A stretch of 64,000 bases of DNA from an uncultured Methylomirabilota bacterium (GCA_963705305.1 OY970067.1:1024001-1088000), one strand, 5' to 3'. Shown: positions 9,776 to 20,885, numbered from the stretch's first letter. Translations and numbers: made by a program. The notes: generated by a model from the letters alone, not told the origin.

Positions 9776-9997
9776 GGCGGGCCTCCTGCGGCGCCCTGCC
9801 CCTCCCGTCGGGGCGACGGGAGGGGCGGCGAGAACAGGAACGTCACAGCCTCTTGGATGAGGCTCGCAAACCGCGGGATGCGGAAGGCGGACGCATCCGC
9901 GCGAAAATCCGAACAGAGCCGGGGCGCGCCGAAGGTCTCTTTCCCATTCCCGGGAAGCCTCCCGGCGCGCACCGGTCTTGGCGCGGGCAGGGGGCCG

Positions 9998-11002
9998 CTA
10001 GCGGCGCGAGAGAATGTACGACCGCAGCACCCGCATGTAGTTGGCCCGCTCGAAGGCGGCGGGGTTGGCCACCGACCGCTGGCTCATGCTGCCCTGCATC
10101 TGCCGGATGGAGGCGTATTCGTGCTCTTCCATCCAGGAGACGACACCGGCCCGCACCGCCGAGAGGTGCTGGATGCCGTTGGCCAGCAGGGCCGAGGTCA
10201 TCATGGCCGCCTTGGCCCCCGCCATCATGCACTTCAGCACGTCCTGGGCGGTGTGCACCCCCCCGGTGACGGCCAGGTCGGCCTGGATGCGGCCGCACAG
10301 GATGGCCACCCAGCGCACGCGCAGCCGCAGCTCTTCGGACCGGCTGAGGGTCAGGTTGGGAACGACCTCCAGCCTGTCCAGGTCGAAGTCGGGCTGGTAG
10401 AAGCGGTTGAAGAGGACCAGGGCGTTGGCCCCCGCCTGGTCCAGCCGCCTGGCCATGGCGGCCATGGAGCTGAAGTACGGCCCCAGCTTGACGGCCACGG
10501 GGATCTTGACGCTGGCCTTGACGTCCCGCACCAGGTCCACGTACATCTGTTCGACCTGGGCGCTGCTGACGTCGGGATTGGTCGGAATGTAATAGACATT
10601 CAGCTCCAGCGCGTCCGCGCCCGCCTCCTGCATCTTCCGGGCGTAGCCGATCCAGCCGCCGGTGGAGACCCCGTTCAGGCTGGCAATGACCGGGATGCCG
10701 ACTGCTGCCTTGGCCCGCCGCAGGTGCTCCAGGTACCCGTCGGGCCCCAGGTTATACTCCTTCATCTCCGGGAAGTAGGTCAGCGATTCGGCAAAGCTCT
10801 CCGTACCGGCCGAGAGAAATTGATCCAGGTCCTGGCTCTCCAGGCTCAGCTGCTCTTCGAACAGGGAATGCAGCACCACCGCGGCCGCCCCGGCATCCTC
10901 CATGCGCCGCAGGTTCCCCAGATCCTCGCACAGGGGCGACGCCGAGACGACCAGCGGGTTCTTCAGGGTGAGGCCGAGATAGGTTGTCGTGAGGTCGCTC
11001 AT
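9998..11002 (-). CDS. Dihydroorotate dehydrogenase-like flavoprotein (nifJ-associated type)
   Basis: [56 protein letters not shown]-like motif, FERANY. Confidence 0.85.
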   Translation of the reverse strand: MSDLTTTYLGLTLKNPLVVSASPLCEDLGNLRRMEDAGAAAVVLHSLFEEQLSLESQDLDQFLSAGTESFAESLTYFPEMKEYNLGPDGYLEHLRRAKAAVGIPVIASLNGVSTGGWIGYARKMQEAGADALELNVYYIPTNPDVSSAQVEQMYVDLVRDVKASVKIPVAVKLGPYFSSMAAMARRLDQAGANALVLFNRFYQPDFDLDRLEVVPNLTLSRSEELRLRVRWVAILCGRIQADLAVTGGVHTAQDVLKCMMAGAKAAMMTSALLANGIQHLSAVRAGVVSWMEEHEYASIRQMQGSMSQRSVANPAAFERANYMRVLRSYILSRR

Positions 11003-14000
11003 TGCCCCTTCTCCTCTGTCGCGCCCGGGACCGGCATGGCCGCCCAGTGCTCGTACAGGCGCCAGCGCGCCGCCACCTCCGTCTGGGCCTGCTGCAGCAG
11101 TCGCTTGGCCGCTTCGGGGTCGCTGTGGTTCAGCATGGAGAATCGCGTCTCGTTGTTCTCGAACTTGTCCAGGGTGATGCTGGGGGCCTTGCTGTCCAGC
11201 ACGAGCGGGTTCTTGCCCTGCTTTTCCAGGTCGGGGTTGTAGCGCATCAGTGGCCAGTGGCCGGACTGGACCGCCGCCTTCTGCTGGTCCAACCCGTGCT
11301 TCAGGTCATAGCCGTGGGCAATGCAGTGGCTGTAGGCAATGATGAGGGAGCAGCCGTCGTATGCCTCGGCCTCCAGGAAGGATTTGACCGTGTGCATGTC
11401 GTTCATGCCGAAGGCCACCCGCGCCACGTAGATGTTCCCATAGGTCATGGCGATCATGGCCAGGTCCTTCTTGGGGCGGGGCTTGCCGCCGGCCGCGAAC
11501 TTCGCCACCGCGCCGCGCGGCGTGGCCTTGGACATCTGGCCTCCGGTATTGGAATAGACCTCGGTGTCCAGGACCAGGGCATTCACGTTGTAGCCCGAGG
11601 CTAAGACGTGGTCCAGGCCACCATAGCCGATGTCATAGGCCCAGCCATCGCCTCCGATGATCCACACGCTCTTCTTTACCAGGACCTCGGCCAGGCCCAG
11701 CAGGTCCCGCGCTTCGCGCGTATTGATCCCCTGCAGCTTCTCCTTCAAGGCTTTCACCCGATCGCGCTGGGCCTTGATGCCCGCCTCGCTGGACTGGTCG
11801 GCCTCCAGCAGGCCCTTGACTAGCTCGTCGCCCAGCTGGCCCGCCAGGCGCTCCAACAGCTCTCGGGCGTACTGCGTCTGCTTGTCCAGCGCGAGGCGCA
11901 TCCCCAGTCCGAACTCGGCGTTGTCCTCGAAGAGCGAGTTCGACCAGGTCGGCCCGCGGCCCTGGCGGTTGAAGGTGTAGGGCGTGGTGGGCAGGTTCCC
12001 CCCGTAGATGGAGGAGCAGCCCGTGGCGTTGGCGATCATGGCCCGGTCGCCGAAAAGCTGCGACATCAGCTTGATGTACGGCGTCTCGCCGCAGCCCGCG
12101 CATGCCCCGGAGAACTCGAACAGGGGCTCCAAGAGCTGCACGTCCTTCACCTGGGCCAGGTTCAGCCCGTCCCGGTCAACGTCGGGCAGGCCCAGGAAGA
12201 AGTTCCAGTTGTCCCGCTCCGTCTCGCGGATGGGGGGTTGCGGGGCCATGTTGATGGCCTTGAGGCGCGTCTCCTGCTTGTTCTTGGCCGGGCAGACCTC
12301 CACGCACAGCTCGCAGCCGGTGCAGTCCTCGGGGGCCACCTGGAGCGTGTACTTCATCTCCTTGAACTCGCGCCAGCGCGCGGGGGCCGACTTGAAGGTG
12401 GCCGGCGCATCCTTGAGGAGCTCCGGCGAGTAGAGCTTGGCCCGGATGACCGCATGCGGGCAAACCAGGATGCACTTCCCGCACTGGATGCAGACCTCCG
12501 GATCCCAGACGGGGATCTCCAGGGCGATGTTCCGCTTCTCCCACTGGGTGGTCCCGGTGGGGAACGTCCCGTCCTTGGGGAAGGCGCTCACCGGCAGGTC
12601 ATCCCCTTCGTTGGCGATGATCTTGGCCAGTGTCTTCTGCACGAAGTCCGGCGCCTCCTTGGGAACCGGCAGCCGCAGGTCGAAGGCGCTGGAGACCTTC
12701 CCGGGCACCTTCACCTCGTGCAGGTGGTCCAGGGCGGCATCCACGGCGGCGAAATTCTTCTTCACCACGGCCTCGCCCCGCTTGCCGTAGGTCTTCTCGA
12801 TGGCGTGCTTGATGGCGGCGATGGCCTCGTCCCGGGGCAGGACGCCGCTGATGGCAAAGAAACAGGTCTGCATGATGGTGTTGATGCGCACCCCCATGCC
12901 GGTCTGCTCCGCCACCTTGTAAGCGTCGATGACGTAGAAGCGCAGCTTCTTGTCGATGATCTGCCGCTGGACCGTGCGCGGGAGGTGATCCCAGACATCC
13001 TCCGGCCCGTACAGGCTGTTGAGCAGGAACGTCGCCCCCGGCGCCGCCGCCTTCAGGACGTCCAGCCGCTCCAGGAAGCTGAACTGGTGGCAGGCCACGA
13101 AGCTGACCTGGCTGATGAGATAGGGGGAGTGGATGGGCTTGGGGCCGAAGCGCAGGTGGGAGATGGTCAGGGCGCCCGACTTCTTCGAGTCGTAGACGAA
13201 GTAGCCCTGAGCATAATTGTCGGTATCCTCGCCGATGATCTTGATGGAGTTCTTGTTGGCTCCCACCGTCCCGTCGGCGCCCAGGCCGTAGAACAGCGCG
13301 CGGATCGTCTTGGGATCCTCGGTGGAGAAGGCCGGGTCGTAGTCCAAGCTGGTGTGGGTCACGTCGTCGGCGATGCCGACCGTGAAATGGTTCTTCGGCG
13401 CCGCCTTGGCCGCCTCGTCCAGGACCGCCTTGACCATGGCCGGGGTGAACTCCTTGGAGGACAACCCGTAGCGCCCCCCGATGACCCGCGGCATGGCGGC
13501 GAACGGGGCCGCTCCGGCTGTCACTGCCTCGCTCACCGCCGTCACCACATCCGTGTACAGGGGCTCGCCCGCCGCCCCCGGCTCTTTGGTCCGGTCCAGA
13601 ACGGCCAGCGTCTTGACCGTCTTGGGCAGGGCCTTCACGAAGTGCTCCACCGAGAACGGCCGGTAGAGCCGGACCTTGAGGACACCGATCTTCTCCCCCT
13701 TGGCCGTGAGGTACTCCACCGTCTCCTGCGCCGTCTCGGCGCCGGAGCCCATCAGGACGATCACCCGCTCGGCGTCCGGAGCCCCCAGGTAGTCGAACAG
13801 GTGGTACTGCCGGCCCACGATCTTGGCAAACGTGTCCATGGTGTTCTGCACGATCTGGGGACAGGCCAGGTAGTAGGGGTTGACCGTCTCGCGGGCCTGG
13901 AAGTAGACATCGGGATTCTGGGAGGAGCCGCGCAGCACCGGATGATCCGGAGACATCGCCCGGGCGCGGTGGGCCTGAACCAGCTTCTCGTCCAACATGG

Positions 14001-14577
14001 CCCGCATGTCGTCCAGCGTGATCTGCTCGACCTTCTCGACCCCGTGGCTGGTGCGGAAGCCGTCGAAGAAATGGACCAAGGGGACCCGCGCCTCCAGGGT
14101 GGCCGCCTGGGCGATGAGGGCCAGATCCATCACCTCCTGGACGGAGTTGGAGGCGATCAGGCCGAAGCCGGTCGAGCGGGTGGCCATGACGTCGCTATGG
14201 TCGCCGAAGATGGACAGGGCGTGGGTGGCGACCGTCCGCGCCGACACATGGAAGACCGTGGAGGTCAACTCGCCGGCGATCTTGAACATGTTGGGGATCA
14301 TCAGCAGGAGGCCCTGGGATGCGGTGAAGGTGGTGGTCAGGGCCCCGCCCTGCAGCGCCCCGTGCACCGCGCCGGAGGCCCCGCCCTCGCTCTGCAACTC
14401 CACGACCGTGGGGATCGTCCCCCAGATGTTGGGGATGCCTCGCGCCGAATACTCATCCGCCCATTCCCCCATGTTGGAGGAGGGGGTGATCGGATAGATG
14501 GCGATCACCTCGTTGGTGCGGTGGGCCACGTACGCCGCGGCCTCGTTTCCATCGATGGTCACAATGGCTCTGCTCAT
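10999..14577 (-). CDS. nifJ: Pyruvate:ferredoxin/flavodoxin oxidoreductase (single chain)
   Basis: [19 protein letters not shown], two CxxCxxCxxxCP motifs, [30 protein letters not shown]. Probable start MSRAIV at 14577. Confidence 0.96.
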   Translation of the reverse strand: MSRAIVTIDGNEAAAYVAHRTNEVIAIYPITPSSNMGEWADEYSARGIPNIWGTIPTVVELQSEGGASGAVHGALQGGALTTTFTASQGLLLMIPNMFKIAGELTSTVFHVSARTVATHALSIFGDHSDVMATRSTGFGLIASNSVQEVMDLALIAQAATLEARVPLVHFFDGFRTSHGVEKVEQITLDDMRAMLDEKLVQAHRARAMSPDHPVLRGSSQNPDVYFQARETVNPYYLACPQIVQNTMDTFAKIVGRQYHLFDYLGAPDAERVIVLMGSGAETAQETVEYLTAKGEKIGVLKVRLYRPFSVEHFVKALPKTVKTLAVLDRTKEPGAAGEPLYTDVVTAVSEAVTAGAAPFAAMPRVIGGRYGLSSKEFTPAMVKAVLDEAAKAAPKNHFTVGIADDVTHTSLDYDPAFSTEDPKTIRALFYGLGADGTVGANKNSIKIIGEDTDNYAQGYFVYDSKKSGALTISHLRFGPKPIHSPYLISQVSFVACHQFSFLERLDVLKAAAPGATFLLNSLYGPEDVWDHLPRTVQRQIIDKKLRFYVIDAYKVAEQTGMGVRINTIMQTCFFAISGVLPRDEAIAAIKHAIEKTYGKRGEAVVKKNFAAVDAALDHLHEVKVPGKVSSAFDLRLPVPKEAPDFVQKTLAKIIANEGDDLPVSAFPKDGTFPTGTTQWEKRNIALEIPVWDPEVCIQCGKCILVCPHAVIRAKLYSPELLKDAPATFKSAPARWREFKEMKYTLQVAPEDCTGCELCVEVCPAKNKQETRLKAINMAPQPPIRETERDNWNFFLGLPDVDRDGLNLAQVKDVQLLEPLFEFSGACAGCGETPYIKLMSQLFGDRAMIANATGCSSIYGGNLPTTPYTFNRQGRGPTWSNSLFEDNAEFGLGMRLALDKQTQYARELLERLAGQLGDELVKGLLEADQSSEAGIKAQRDRVKALKEKLQGINTREARDLLGLAEVLVKKSVWIIGGDGWAYDIGYGGLDHVLASGYNVNALVLDTEVYSNTGGQMSKATPRGAVAKFAAGGKPRPKKDLAMIAMTYGNIYVARVAFGMNDMHTVKSFLEAEAYDGCSLIIAYSHCIAHGYDLKHGLDQQKAAVQSGHWPLMRYNPDLEKQGKNPLVLDSKAPSITLDKFENNETRFSMLNHSDPEAAKRLLQQAQTEVAARWRLYEHWAAMPVPGATEEKGQ

Positions 14578-14634
14578 CGAGACTCTCCTTACCCGCGACA
14601 CTTCACGGGCGCGCGATGACGGGTGGAGGGGCGC

Positions 14635-15282
14635 TCAGCTCTTGCTCGCGGCGGAGACCACCGCCTCCACGAATTTCGCTTCAGGCAACGCCCCCTCGAT
14701 GCTTCCGTCCTCGTTGACAAGGGTCCGGGGGACGGCCCGCACCCGGTATCGCTGGGCGAGGTGCGGAAATTCCGTCGCCTCCACCGCATCCGCGGTGACG
14801 AGGTCGCTCTCCACGGCACACTGCTGTGCCAGCCGCACCGCGGCCGGACAGTGCGGTCAGGTCGGCGTGACGAACACCTGCAGATGAACCGGCCGGCCGA
14901 TGGCTGCCAGCGCCGCCTTGGTGTCCGGCTGAAGGTCGGTGCTCCCCCGGGAGACGTCCTGGATCGCCCCCAGCAGCGATGCGAACTCGTATCCCATGGG
15001 AATCCCGTAGAACCGGATCCCGAAATCCTTGGCCCCTTCCACCACCGTGGCCGGGATCTTGTCCACCCCGTACTGTGCGACCTTCTCCTTATCGAGCTGG
15101 AAGTTGTACACCTCCAGGCTGATCTTGTCCGAGAGCCCCGCCACCTCCCGCAGCAGCAACTCGGTCTCCCGGCAGTACTGGCAGCCCAACTCCTGCGTGA
15201 AGTTGACCAGCTTGACCGGTCCAGAGAGGCCAGCCAACTGGGCCTGGACCTCCCGGCGGTCGCGATCACTCAACAGCGCCAT
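14635..15282 (-). CDS. Protein disulfide oxidoreductase (two thioredoxin folds), probable selenoprotein
   Basis: ORFs 14857..15330 and 14635..14838 join in frame across a TGA: CQYC...GIPMGYEF...VFVTPT-U-PHCPAAV...YRVRAVP. The TGA occupies the first Cys position of the second CxxC. Confidence 0.85.
14833..14856 (-). promoter_or_regulatory. Putative bacterial SECIS hairpin
   Basis: CCGCACTG-TCCGGCCG-CGGTGCGG forms an 8-bp stem immediately 3' of the in-frame TGA (14857-14859). Confidence 0.6.
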
Positions 15283-15499
15283 CCTCTTTTCCCCTTCCGG
15301 TCCGTACACACTTCGACCCCGCGGCAGCATACACCGACTGACCTTCCAAGCCTAGTACAGCAGAACCCGAACACCAAGAGAGAAAGGGAGGAAGGGATCG
15401 AAGGCGTGAGAAAACAGACAAAGAACTAGGGGGAACACGGTGAGATTTATCAACGACCGGCGACTTTCGTCGATCGCTCGACAGTAGACCGGGGGGTCC

Positions 15500-16432
15500 T
15501 CAGGCCTTCTCGGTCTGGAGGCGCCGCCAGGTCTTGCGGATCGCCTCCCGAAGCCCATCCCGCACCCCCCAGGGGTCGCGGCTGGGCTTGAATCCGAGCT
15601 CCGCGCGGATGCGCCGGTCGTCCAGCTCCCACCGGTCGGCCAGAAACGCCGCGCCCGTCCACGCCTCCCGGGGAACCGTCTGCACCCCGGCGGCAGAGCC
15701 GGTCACCTCCACGACCATCCCCGCAATCTCCTCCCAGGTGGTGTAGGCGCTGGCCAGGTTGAACACGCGGCCGGCGGCGGGGTGGGCCAGAACCATCTCC
15801 ACCGCCCGGTTGAAATCCTCCTGGCTCAGAAAGCTCCCCCCGCAATCCGCCGGAACGACCAGGGGCCGTCCCGCAGCAGCCGTCCGCAACATCTCCCGGA
15901 GATGGCGGCCCCCGATCTCCTCCCCGAAGGCCCACCAGAATCGCAGGATCGTCGCCGACAGATCCTCCCCCCTGGCTGCCAACAAGGTGAGCTTCTCGGC
16001 AAACTCCTTGGCCATCCCGTAGGCGGGCTTTCGGGCCTCCAGGACCCTCAGAGGATGGTCCTCGCCGACCGGGACGTGTAGGGGCTTCCCGTATACGACG
16101 GCCGTGCTGGTGTAAACAAAATGGCGGACCCGCTCTGCGCGCGCCGCCTCCAAGAGCAGCGCATGCCCCCGCAGGTCGTGTTCCAGAAGGGAACGGGGAT
16201 CGTCGTCGAATGACCAGGCCAGGTGGACGATCGCCTCAGCGCCGCGGACGGCCTCGGCCACCGCCGCCGGATCGTCGACACTTCCCGCCACCGACATGAG
16301 GCCCTGCCGGCCGGTCTGGGCGGCCGGGCCCGGCACCTTGTCCAAGACGACGACGGAGTGCCCGCCGCCGAGCAGCGCAGGCACCAGGCCCTGTCCTACG
16401 CTCCCGTGTCCGCCGGTCACCAAGATCCGCAT
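15500..16432 (-). CDS. NAD-dependent epimerase/dehydratase (extended SDR)
   Basis: ILVTGGHGSVG, IVHLA, YTSTAVVYG, YGMAK. Confidence 0.88.
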   Translation of the reverse strand: MRILVTGGHGSVGQGLVPALLGGGHSVVVLDKVPGPAAQTGRQGLMSVAGSVDDPAAVAEAVRGAEAIVHLAWSFDDDPRSLLEHDLRGHALLLEAARAERVRHFVYTSTAVVYGKPLHVPVGEDHPLRVLEARKPAYGMAKEFAEKLTLLAARGEDLSATILRFWWAFGEEIGGRHLREMLRTAAAGRPLVVPADCGGSFLSQEDFNRAVEMVLAHPAAGRVFNLASAYTTWEEIAGMVVEVTGSAAGVQTVPREAWTGAAFLADRWELDDRRIRAELGFKPSRDPWGVRDGLREAIRKTWRRLQTEKA

Positions 16433-16433
16433 G

Positions 16434-17147
16434 CTATTTCACGGCCGGCTCGGCCGAGACGGCCGCCTTCGCCTCCCGCTGCTCCATGGACCGCTTCTTC
16501 CAGACGGCCAGCAGGACGATCCCCACCGCCAGGCCCCACGCCACCGCCAGCTCGACGGGGTGGGCGGCATGGCCGAGCTGCCGCGAGACAAACGGATCGG
16601 TCACCACCATCTCGCCGGCCACCTTGCCCAGGATGCCCCCGCCCAGCAGGACCAGCCAGGGGTACTTGTTCATCAGGTTGGCGATCAGGGCGCTGCAGCA
16701 CAGGATGATGGGAATGCTCATGACCAGCCCGAAGATGAGCAGCTCCATGCTCCCCTTGGCTGCAGCCGCGACCGCCAGCACGTTGTCCAGGGACATGATC
16801 AGGTCGGCGATGATGATGATCTTGATCGCCTCCCAGAGGTTCGCGCTGGCCTTCACGTGGTCTTCGCCCTGCTCGCCCGTCGGTCGCACCAGCTTCCACG
16901 CGATCCAGACGAGCAGCAGGCCGCCTCCCAGCCGGAGCCCCGGGACCTCCAGGAGGAGCACCGCCACGACGGTGAGGACGATGCGCAGGGCCACGGCCCC
17001 GAACGAGCCCCAGAAGAGCCCCAGCTTCATCTGGCGCGGGGGCAGGGACCGGATGGCCATGGCGATCACCACGGCGTTGTCCCCCGACAGGATGAAATTC
17101 ACATAGATGATGGTGAGGATGCCGACGATCAGCTGCTCCCACGTCAT
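16434..17147 (-). CDS. TerC family (YjbE-like) membrane protein
   Basis: LSGDNAVVIAMA, GAVALRI, IIIADLIMSLDNVLAVAAAA. Confidence 0.9.
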   Translation of the reverse strand: MTWEQLIVGILTIIYVNFILSGDNAVVIAMAIRSLPPRQMKLGLFWGSFGAVALRIVLTVVAVLLLEVPGLRLGGGLLLVWIAWKLVRPTGEQGEDHVKASANLWEAIKIIIIADLIMSLDNVLAVAAAAKGSMELLIFGLVMSIPIILCCSALIANLMNKYPWLVLLGGGILGKVAGEMVVTDPFVSRQLGHAAHPVELAVAWGLAVGIVLLAVWKKRSMEQREAKAAVSAEPAVK

Positions 17148-17320
17148 TGCACAAGACCTCCTCGCTCACCTCGATGCGTTACACCCCCGAAGAGCCGTAA
17201 TTCCGGCGGCGCCCCGAGGTGTGCGATCCCGCCGGGAGCGCTGGTTTTCTCGGACGTCCCTGCGCTGGATCGCGTGCCCTATCTCGGTTCGACCGTGGGC
17301 GAGTCTCTATTGTCTCGCCA

Positions 17321-17349
17321 AGGATACGACCTCCCGTGCCGAATGTAAA
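17321..17349 (-). promoter_or_regulatory. Putative sigma70 promoter for the terC operon
   Basis: TTTACA-N17-TATCCT on the minus strand, giving a ~165-nt leader. Confidence 0.5.
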
Positions 17350-17393
17350 CCCGCCGGGGCTTCGAGATCTGCGGCCCCGACGGGACCGGCGAG

Positions 17394-18911
17394 CTAGTGG
17401 CCGGCAGGCGCTGGCTTCCCCTTCCGCTTGGCCCGGTACGAGCTGATGGCGGGCCAGAAGCATATGATCGCCGCCGCAACGACCAGCGGGAGCGTGATCG
17501 GCGGCTGCAGGAAGATCAACAGCGAGCCCTGGGACATGATCAGGCTCTGCCGCATGGCCGACTCCGCCATGTCCCCCAGGACCAGGGCCAAGAGCATGGG
17601 CGCCATGTTGTAATCCAGCTTTTTGAACGCCCAGCCGATGACCCCGAAGACCATCATGTACCAGATGTCGATCATGCGGTTGTTGACCGCGTAGGCGCCG
17701 ATGGCGCAGATGAAGATGAGCAGGGGCATCAGGATCGCGAAGGGGGTCCTGAGGACCGCCGCGAACAGGGGCGCGAACGCCAGGACGATCAACAGTCCGA
17801 GGAGGGTGCCGTACCAGGTGCTGGCGATGAGGCCCCAGACGAAGTCGGGGCTATCAACAAAGAGCATGGGTCCCGGCTGAAGCCCCCAGATCATGAGGCC
17901 TCCCAGGATGACCGCTGCCGTCGGCGACCCCGGAATCCCCAGGGTGATCATGGGGATCATGGCGGACGTCCCGGCGCCGTGAGCGGCGGCTTCCGGGGCG
18001 AAGATGCCGGCGATATGGCCCTGCCCGAACTGCGCCCTGTCCTCCTCCTTCATGCCTTCCTTGGCGAACCCGTAGGCCATGAAGGAGGCCGGCGTTGCGC
18101 CGCCCGGCTTGAAGCCCATCCAGACTCCGACGATGGAGCCCAGGACGAGGGTTTTCCAGTACCGCTTCATGTCGGCCAGCGTGCTCGTGATGTCGCTCCA
18201 CCGCATCCGGACCTTGACCCCTTCGAAGCGGAGACCCTCCTCCACGGTGAGCAGGATCTCGCCGATGCCGAACAGGCCGATGACGGCGACGATGAAGTTG
18301 AAGCCGCCCATCAGCGGCACCAGGTTGAAGGTCAGGCGCAGCTGTCCGCTCACGACGTCGATGCCCACCGCGGCCATGATGAACCCGAGGGCGGTCGCCA
18401 CCACCGTCTTGATCGGGGACTTCCCCACCAGGCCGACGAAGGCGCTGAAGGTGAGCAGCATGACGCCGAAGACCTCGGGCGGCCCGAACCGCAGGGCAAA
18501 GGCGGCCAGGATGGGCGCGAAGAACGTCAGCATGATCGTGCCCAGGACGCCGCCGCAGAAGTGGGCGAAAAATGCGGCGCTGAGCGCCCTCCCGGCCTGG
18601 CCTTTCTTGGCCATGGGATAGCCGTCGAAGGTTGTGGCGACGGCCCACGGCTCACCCGGAATGTTGAAGAGGATGGAGCAGATGCAGCCTCCGTACAGGG
18701 CCCCCCAGTAGAGGGAGGCGAGCAGGATGACGGCGGCCACCGGAGGCATCACGAACGTGATGGGGATCAGGATGGCGCAGCCGTTGGCCCCGCCCAGCCC
18801 CGGCAACACGCCGACAATGACTCCCAGGATGAGCCCGACGATGGCGGTGATGAGATTGTACGGCTCGGCGGCGACCTTGAGCCCCATCAGCAGGTTGGGG
18901 AGAATTTCCAT
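17394..18911 (-). CDS. tctA: Tripartite tricarboxylate transporter large permease
   Basis: GVIVGVLPGLG, YGG...ILFNIPGEPWAVATTFDGYPMA, PMITLGIPGSPTAAVILGGL, GLQPGP. Confidence 0.93.
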   Translation of the reverse strand: MEILPNLLMGLKVAAEPYNLITAIVGLILGVIVGVLPGLGGANGCAILIPITFVMPPVAAVILLASLYWGALYGGCICSILFNIPGEPWAVATTFDGYPMAKKGQAGRALSAAFFAHFCGGVLGTIMLTFFAPILAAFALRFGPPEVFGVMLLTFSAFVGLVGKSPIKTVVATALGFIMAAVGIDVVSGQLRLTFNLVPLMGGFNFIVAVIGLFGIGEILLTVEEGLRFEGVKVRMRWSDITSTLADMKRYWKTLVLGSIVGVWMGFKPGGATPASFMAYGFAKEGMKEEDRAQFGQGHIAGIFAPEAAAHGAGTSAMIPMITLGIPGSPTAAVILGGLMIWGLQPGPMLFVDSPDFVWGLIASTWYGTLLGLLIVLAFAPLFAAVLRTPFAILMPLLIFICAIGAYAVNNRMIDIWYMMVFGVIGWAFKKLDYNMAPMLLALVLGDMAESAMRQSLIMSQGSLLIFLQPPITLPLVVAAAIICFWPAISSYRAKRKGKPAPAGH

Positions 18912-18945
18912 TTCCGGATGACTCCTTTCCTTTCACCCGCTCAGG

Positions 18946-19428
18946 TCAGAACCGGAGGATCTGAGCCCCGAACATCCCCATGGGCATTGGGATGAGGAAG
19001 ATCTTTTCAAACAGCCACCAGAACACGAGGGGAATGGGAATGCTGACGAGCAACACGGTTCTCCACCGGAATTGGCCGACCCAGCGGATGTATCCTATCA
19101 GGTAGATCATCGCCGCCACGTAGAGTCCGACCACCTCGGTCAGAAGGACCATCCCGCAGGCCGGGATGAAGACCGTGAGGACCGGCTTCATTCCCCCGGG
19201 GGGGACGAAGCGCTTCTCGCCCTTCACCGACGAGGTCCCCTTGGTGGCCTGCCGCATGATGATGAGGCAGCCGCCCACGACCAGGACGGCCATCAGCATC
19301 GGGAAGAACCCGGCCTGGGGTCCGTCGGCCCCCCAGCCGGCCCCCAGCTGGTAGGAATCCCAGCCCACCACCAGGCCGAGGGCTAAGAGGATCGCCGCCA
19401 CCAGAAGATCCGCCGACTTATTAGTCAT
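18946..19428 (-). CDS. tctB: Tripartite tricarboxylate transporter small permease
   Basis: Four TM segments, GPQAGFFP, FEKIFLIPMP; lies between tctC and tctA. Confidence 0.88.
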   Translation of the reverse strand: MTNKSADLLVAAILLALGLVVGWDSYQLGAGWGADGPQAGFFPMLMAVLVVGGCLIIMRQATKGTSSVKGEKRFVPPGGMKPVLTVFIPACGMVLLTEVVGLYVAAMIYLIGYIRWVGQFRWRTVLLVSIPIPLVFWWLFEKIFLIPMPMGMFGAQILRF

Positions 19429-19536
19429 TACTGCTCCTTCCTTGCCGACAAACTCACGATGGGCTGCTCCGATCTCAGAAGGAGTCCCCGGGAAGAAACG
19501 GCCCTCCTCCCCGGGGCTCCAAGCCGCCGCCCTCAG

Positions 19537-20538
19537 CTACTTCTTCAGCAAGCCGCCTTTTGCCATGAGCTCCTTGGTCATGGCATCCTTCTCTTCCAGC
19601 CACTTCACGTACTCGTCCCCGGAGAGGAAGGCGCCCTTGAGCGCATACTTCTCCAGATAGTCCTTCCACGAGGCGGTCTCCGTCACCTTCTTGAACAGGG
19701 AGACATAGCCCTCCTGAACGTCCTTGCCGATCTTGGGGGCAGCAAAGATGCCGCGGAGCATCATGTATTCCAGATCCACGCCTGTTGCCTCCTTCAGGGT
19801 CGGGATCTTATCCCACATCGGCAGGTGGATCCGATCGTGGGCGATCACCGCCAGGGGGCGCAGCTTCCCGGCCCGCCAGTGGCTGACGGCCTCGGCCGGA
19901 TTGTTCACCGTCGAGTCGATGTGCTTCCCCACCAGCTCCACTGCCACCGTTCCGCCCCCCTTGAAGGGCACGTAGGCGAACTTCAGGCCGAAGGCCTGCT
20001 CCAACTGCACGGTGATGATCTGGTCCTCCTGCTTGGTGCCAGTGCCGCCCATCTTGAACTTGCCCGGGGCCTTCTTCACGGCGTCGAAGTATTCCGTCGC
20101 CGTCTTGTACGGAGAATCCGCGTTCACCCACAGCACGAACCAGTCCAGGGCCAGGCGCGCGATCGGGGTCATGTCCTTCCAGCTGAAGGGCACCCCGGTC
20201 GCCAGGGGGGTCGTGAAGAGGTTGTCGAGGGTGATGATGACCATGTTGTCGTCGCCGGGCTTGCCCTTCATGTACATGAACCCTTCCGCCCCGGCGCCGC
20301 CCGCCCGGTTGACCACGATCCACGGCACGTCAGTGATCTTGTCCTTCTGGAAGAGGGGGGAGATGTAGCGGGCCATGATGTCGGCCCCGCCGCCGGTCCC
20401 TGCCGGAACGTTGAATTCCACCGGCTTCGTCGGCTGCCATTCGGCATTCGCCGCACTGCTCCACACGACCGGGATCGCCACGACCAGAGCTGCCACGGCG
20501 ACCCACACCCACACTGTCCGTCTGCACTTTCCTACCAT
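19537..20538 (-). CDS. tctC: Tripartite tricarboxylate transporter substrate-binding protein (Bug family)
   Basis: Signal peptide; PAGTGGGADIMAR, NRAGGAGAEG, YVPFKGGG, RGIFAAP. Confidence 0.93.
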   Translation of the reverse strand: MVGKCRRTVWVWVAVAALVVAIPVVWSSAANAEWQPTKPVEFNVPAGTGGGADIMARYISPLFQKDKITDVPWIVVNRAGGAGAEGFMYMKGKPGDDNMVIITLDNLFTTPLATGVPFSWKDMTPIARLALDWFVLWVNADSPYKTATEYFDAVKKAPGKFKMGGTGTKQEDQIITVQLEQAFGLKFAYVPFKGGGTVAVELVGKHIDSTVNNPAEAVSHWRAGKLRPLAVIAHDRIHLPMWDKIPTLKEATGVDLEYMMLRGIFAAPKIGKDVQEGYVSLFKKVTETASWKDYLEKYALKGAFLSGDEYVKWLEEKDAMTKELMAKGGLLKK

Positions 20539-20885
20539 GTCCTTCCTCCTTATGCCCGCCGCGACTTATGACATTAATTTGGGCGACCGCTCCCGGGCCC
20601 GCGGCGGCGCCCAGGATTTCGAGGGCCCCTCACCATCCCTTATATCTCGACCCTGACACCCGGCATGACCCTCCACGCCGAGCGTACGGGAGGTTGCCGA
20701 TTGTTGCCGCCGGAAGAAGGCATCTTGCTATCCGCCACCAGCGATTCACGATCTTCCGTTGTGAATCCCTCCACCGGCAGCCCCGTTGCCAGGGGGACTG
20801 CGATGAGATTTATGCCCTCAGGGGCCACGAGCCGCCTCGGGGGGTCAAGCAAACACTTGAGGGAATGATTAGGAGGCGGCGCGCC

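Noticed and set aside
15352..15450. Purine/pyrimidine-skewed tract upstream of the selenoprotein gene
   Set aside because: No repeat unit, convincing ORF or stable structure; probably promoter or UTR sequence.
17310..17340. GGCGAGAC as part of a yybP-ykoY riboswitch
   Set aside because: The 5' GGGGAGTAG element is missing and the match lies at the predicted transcription start.
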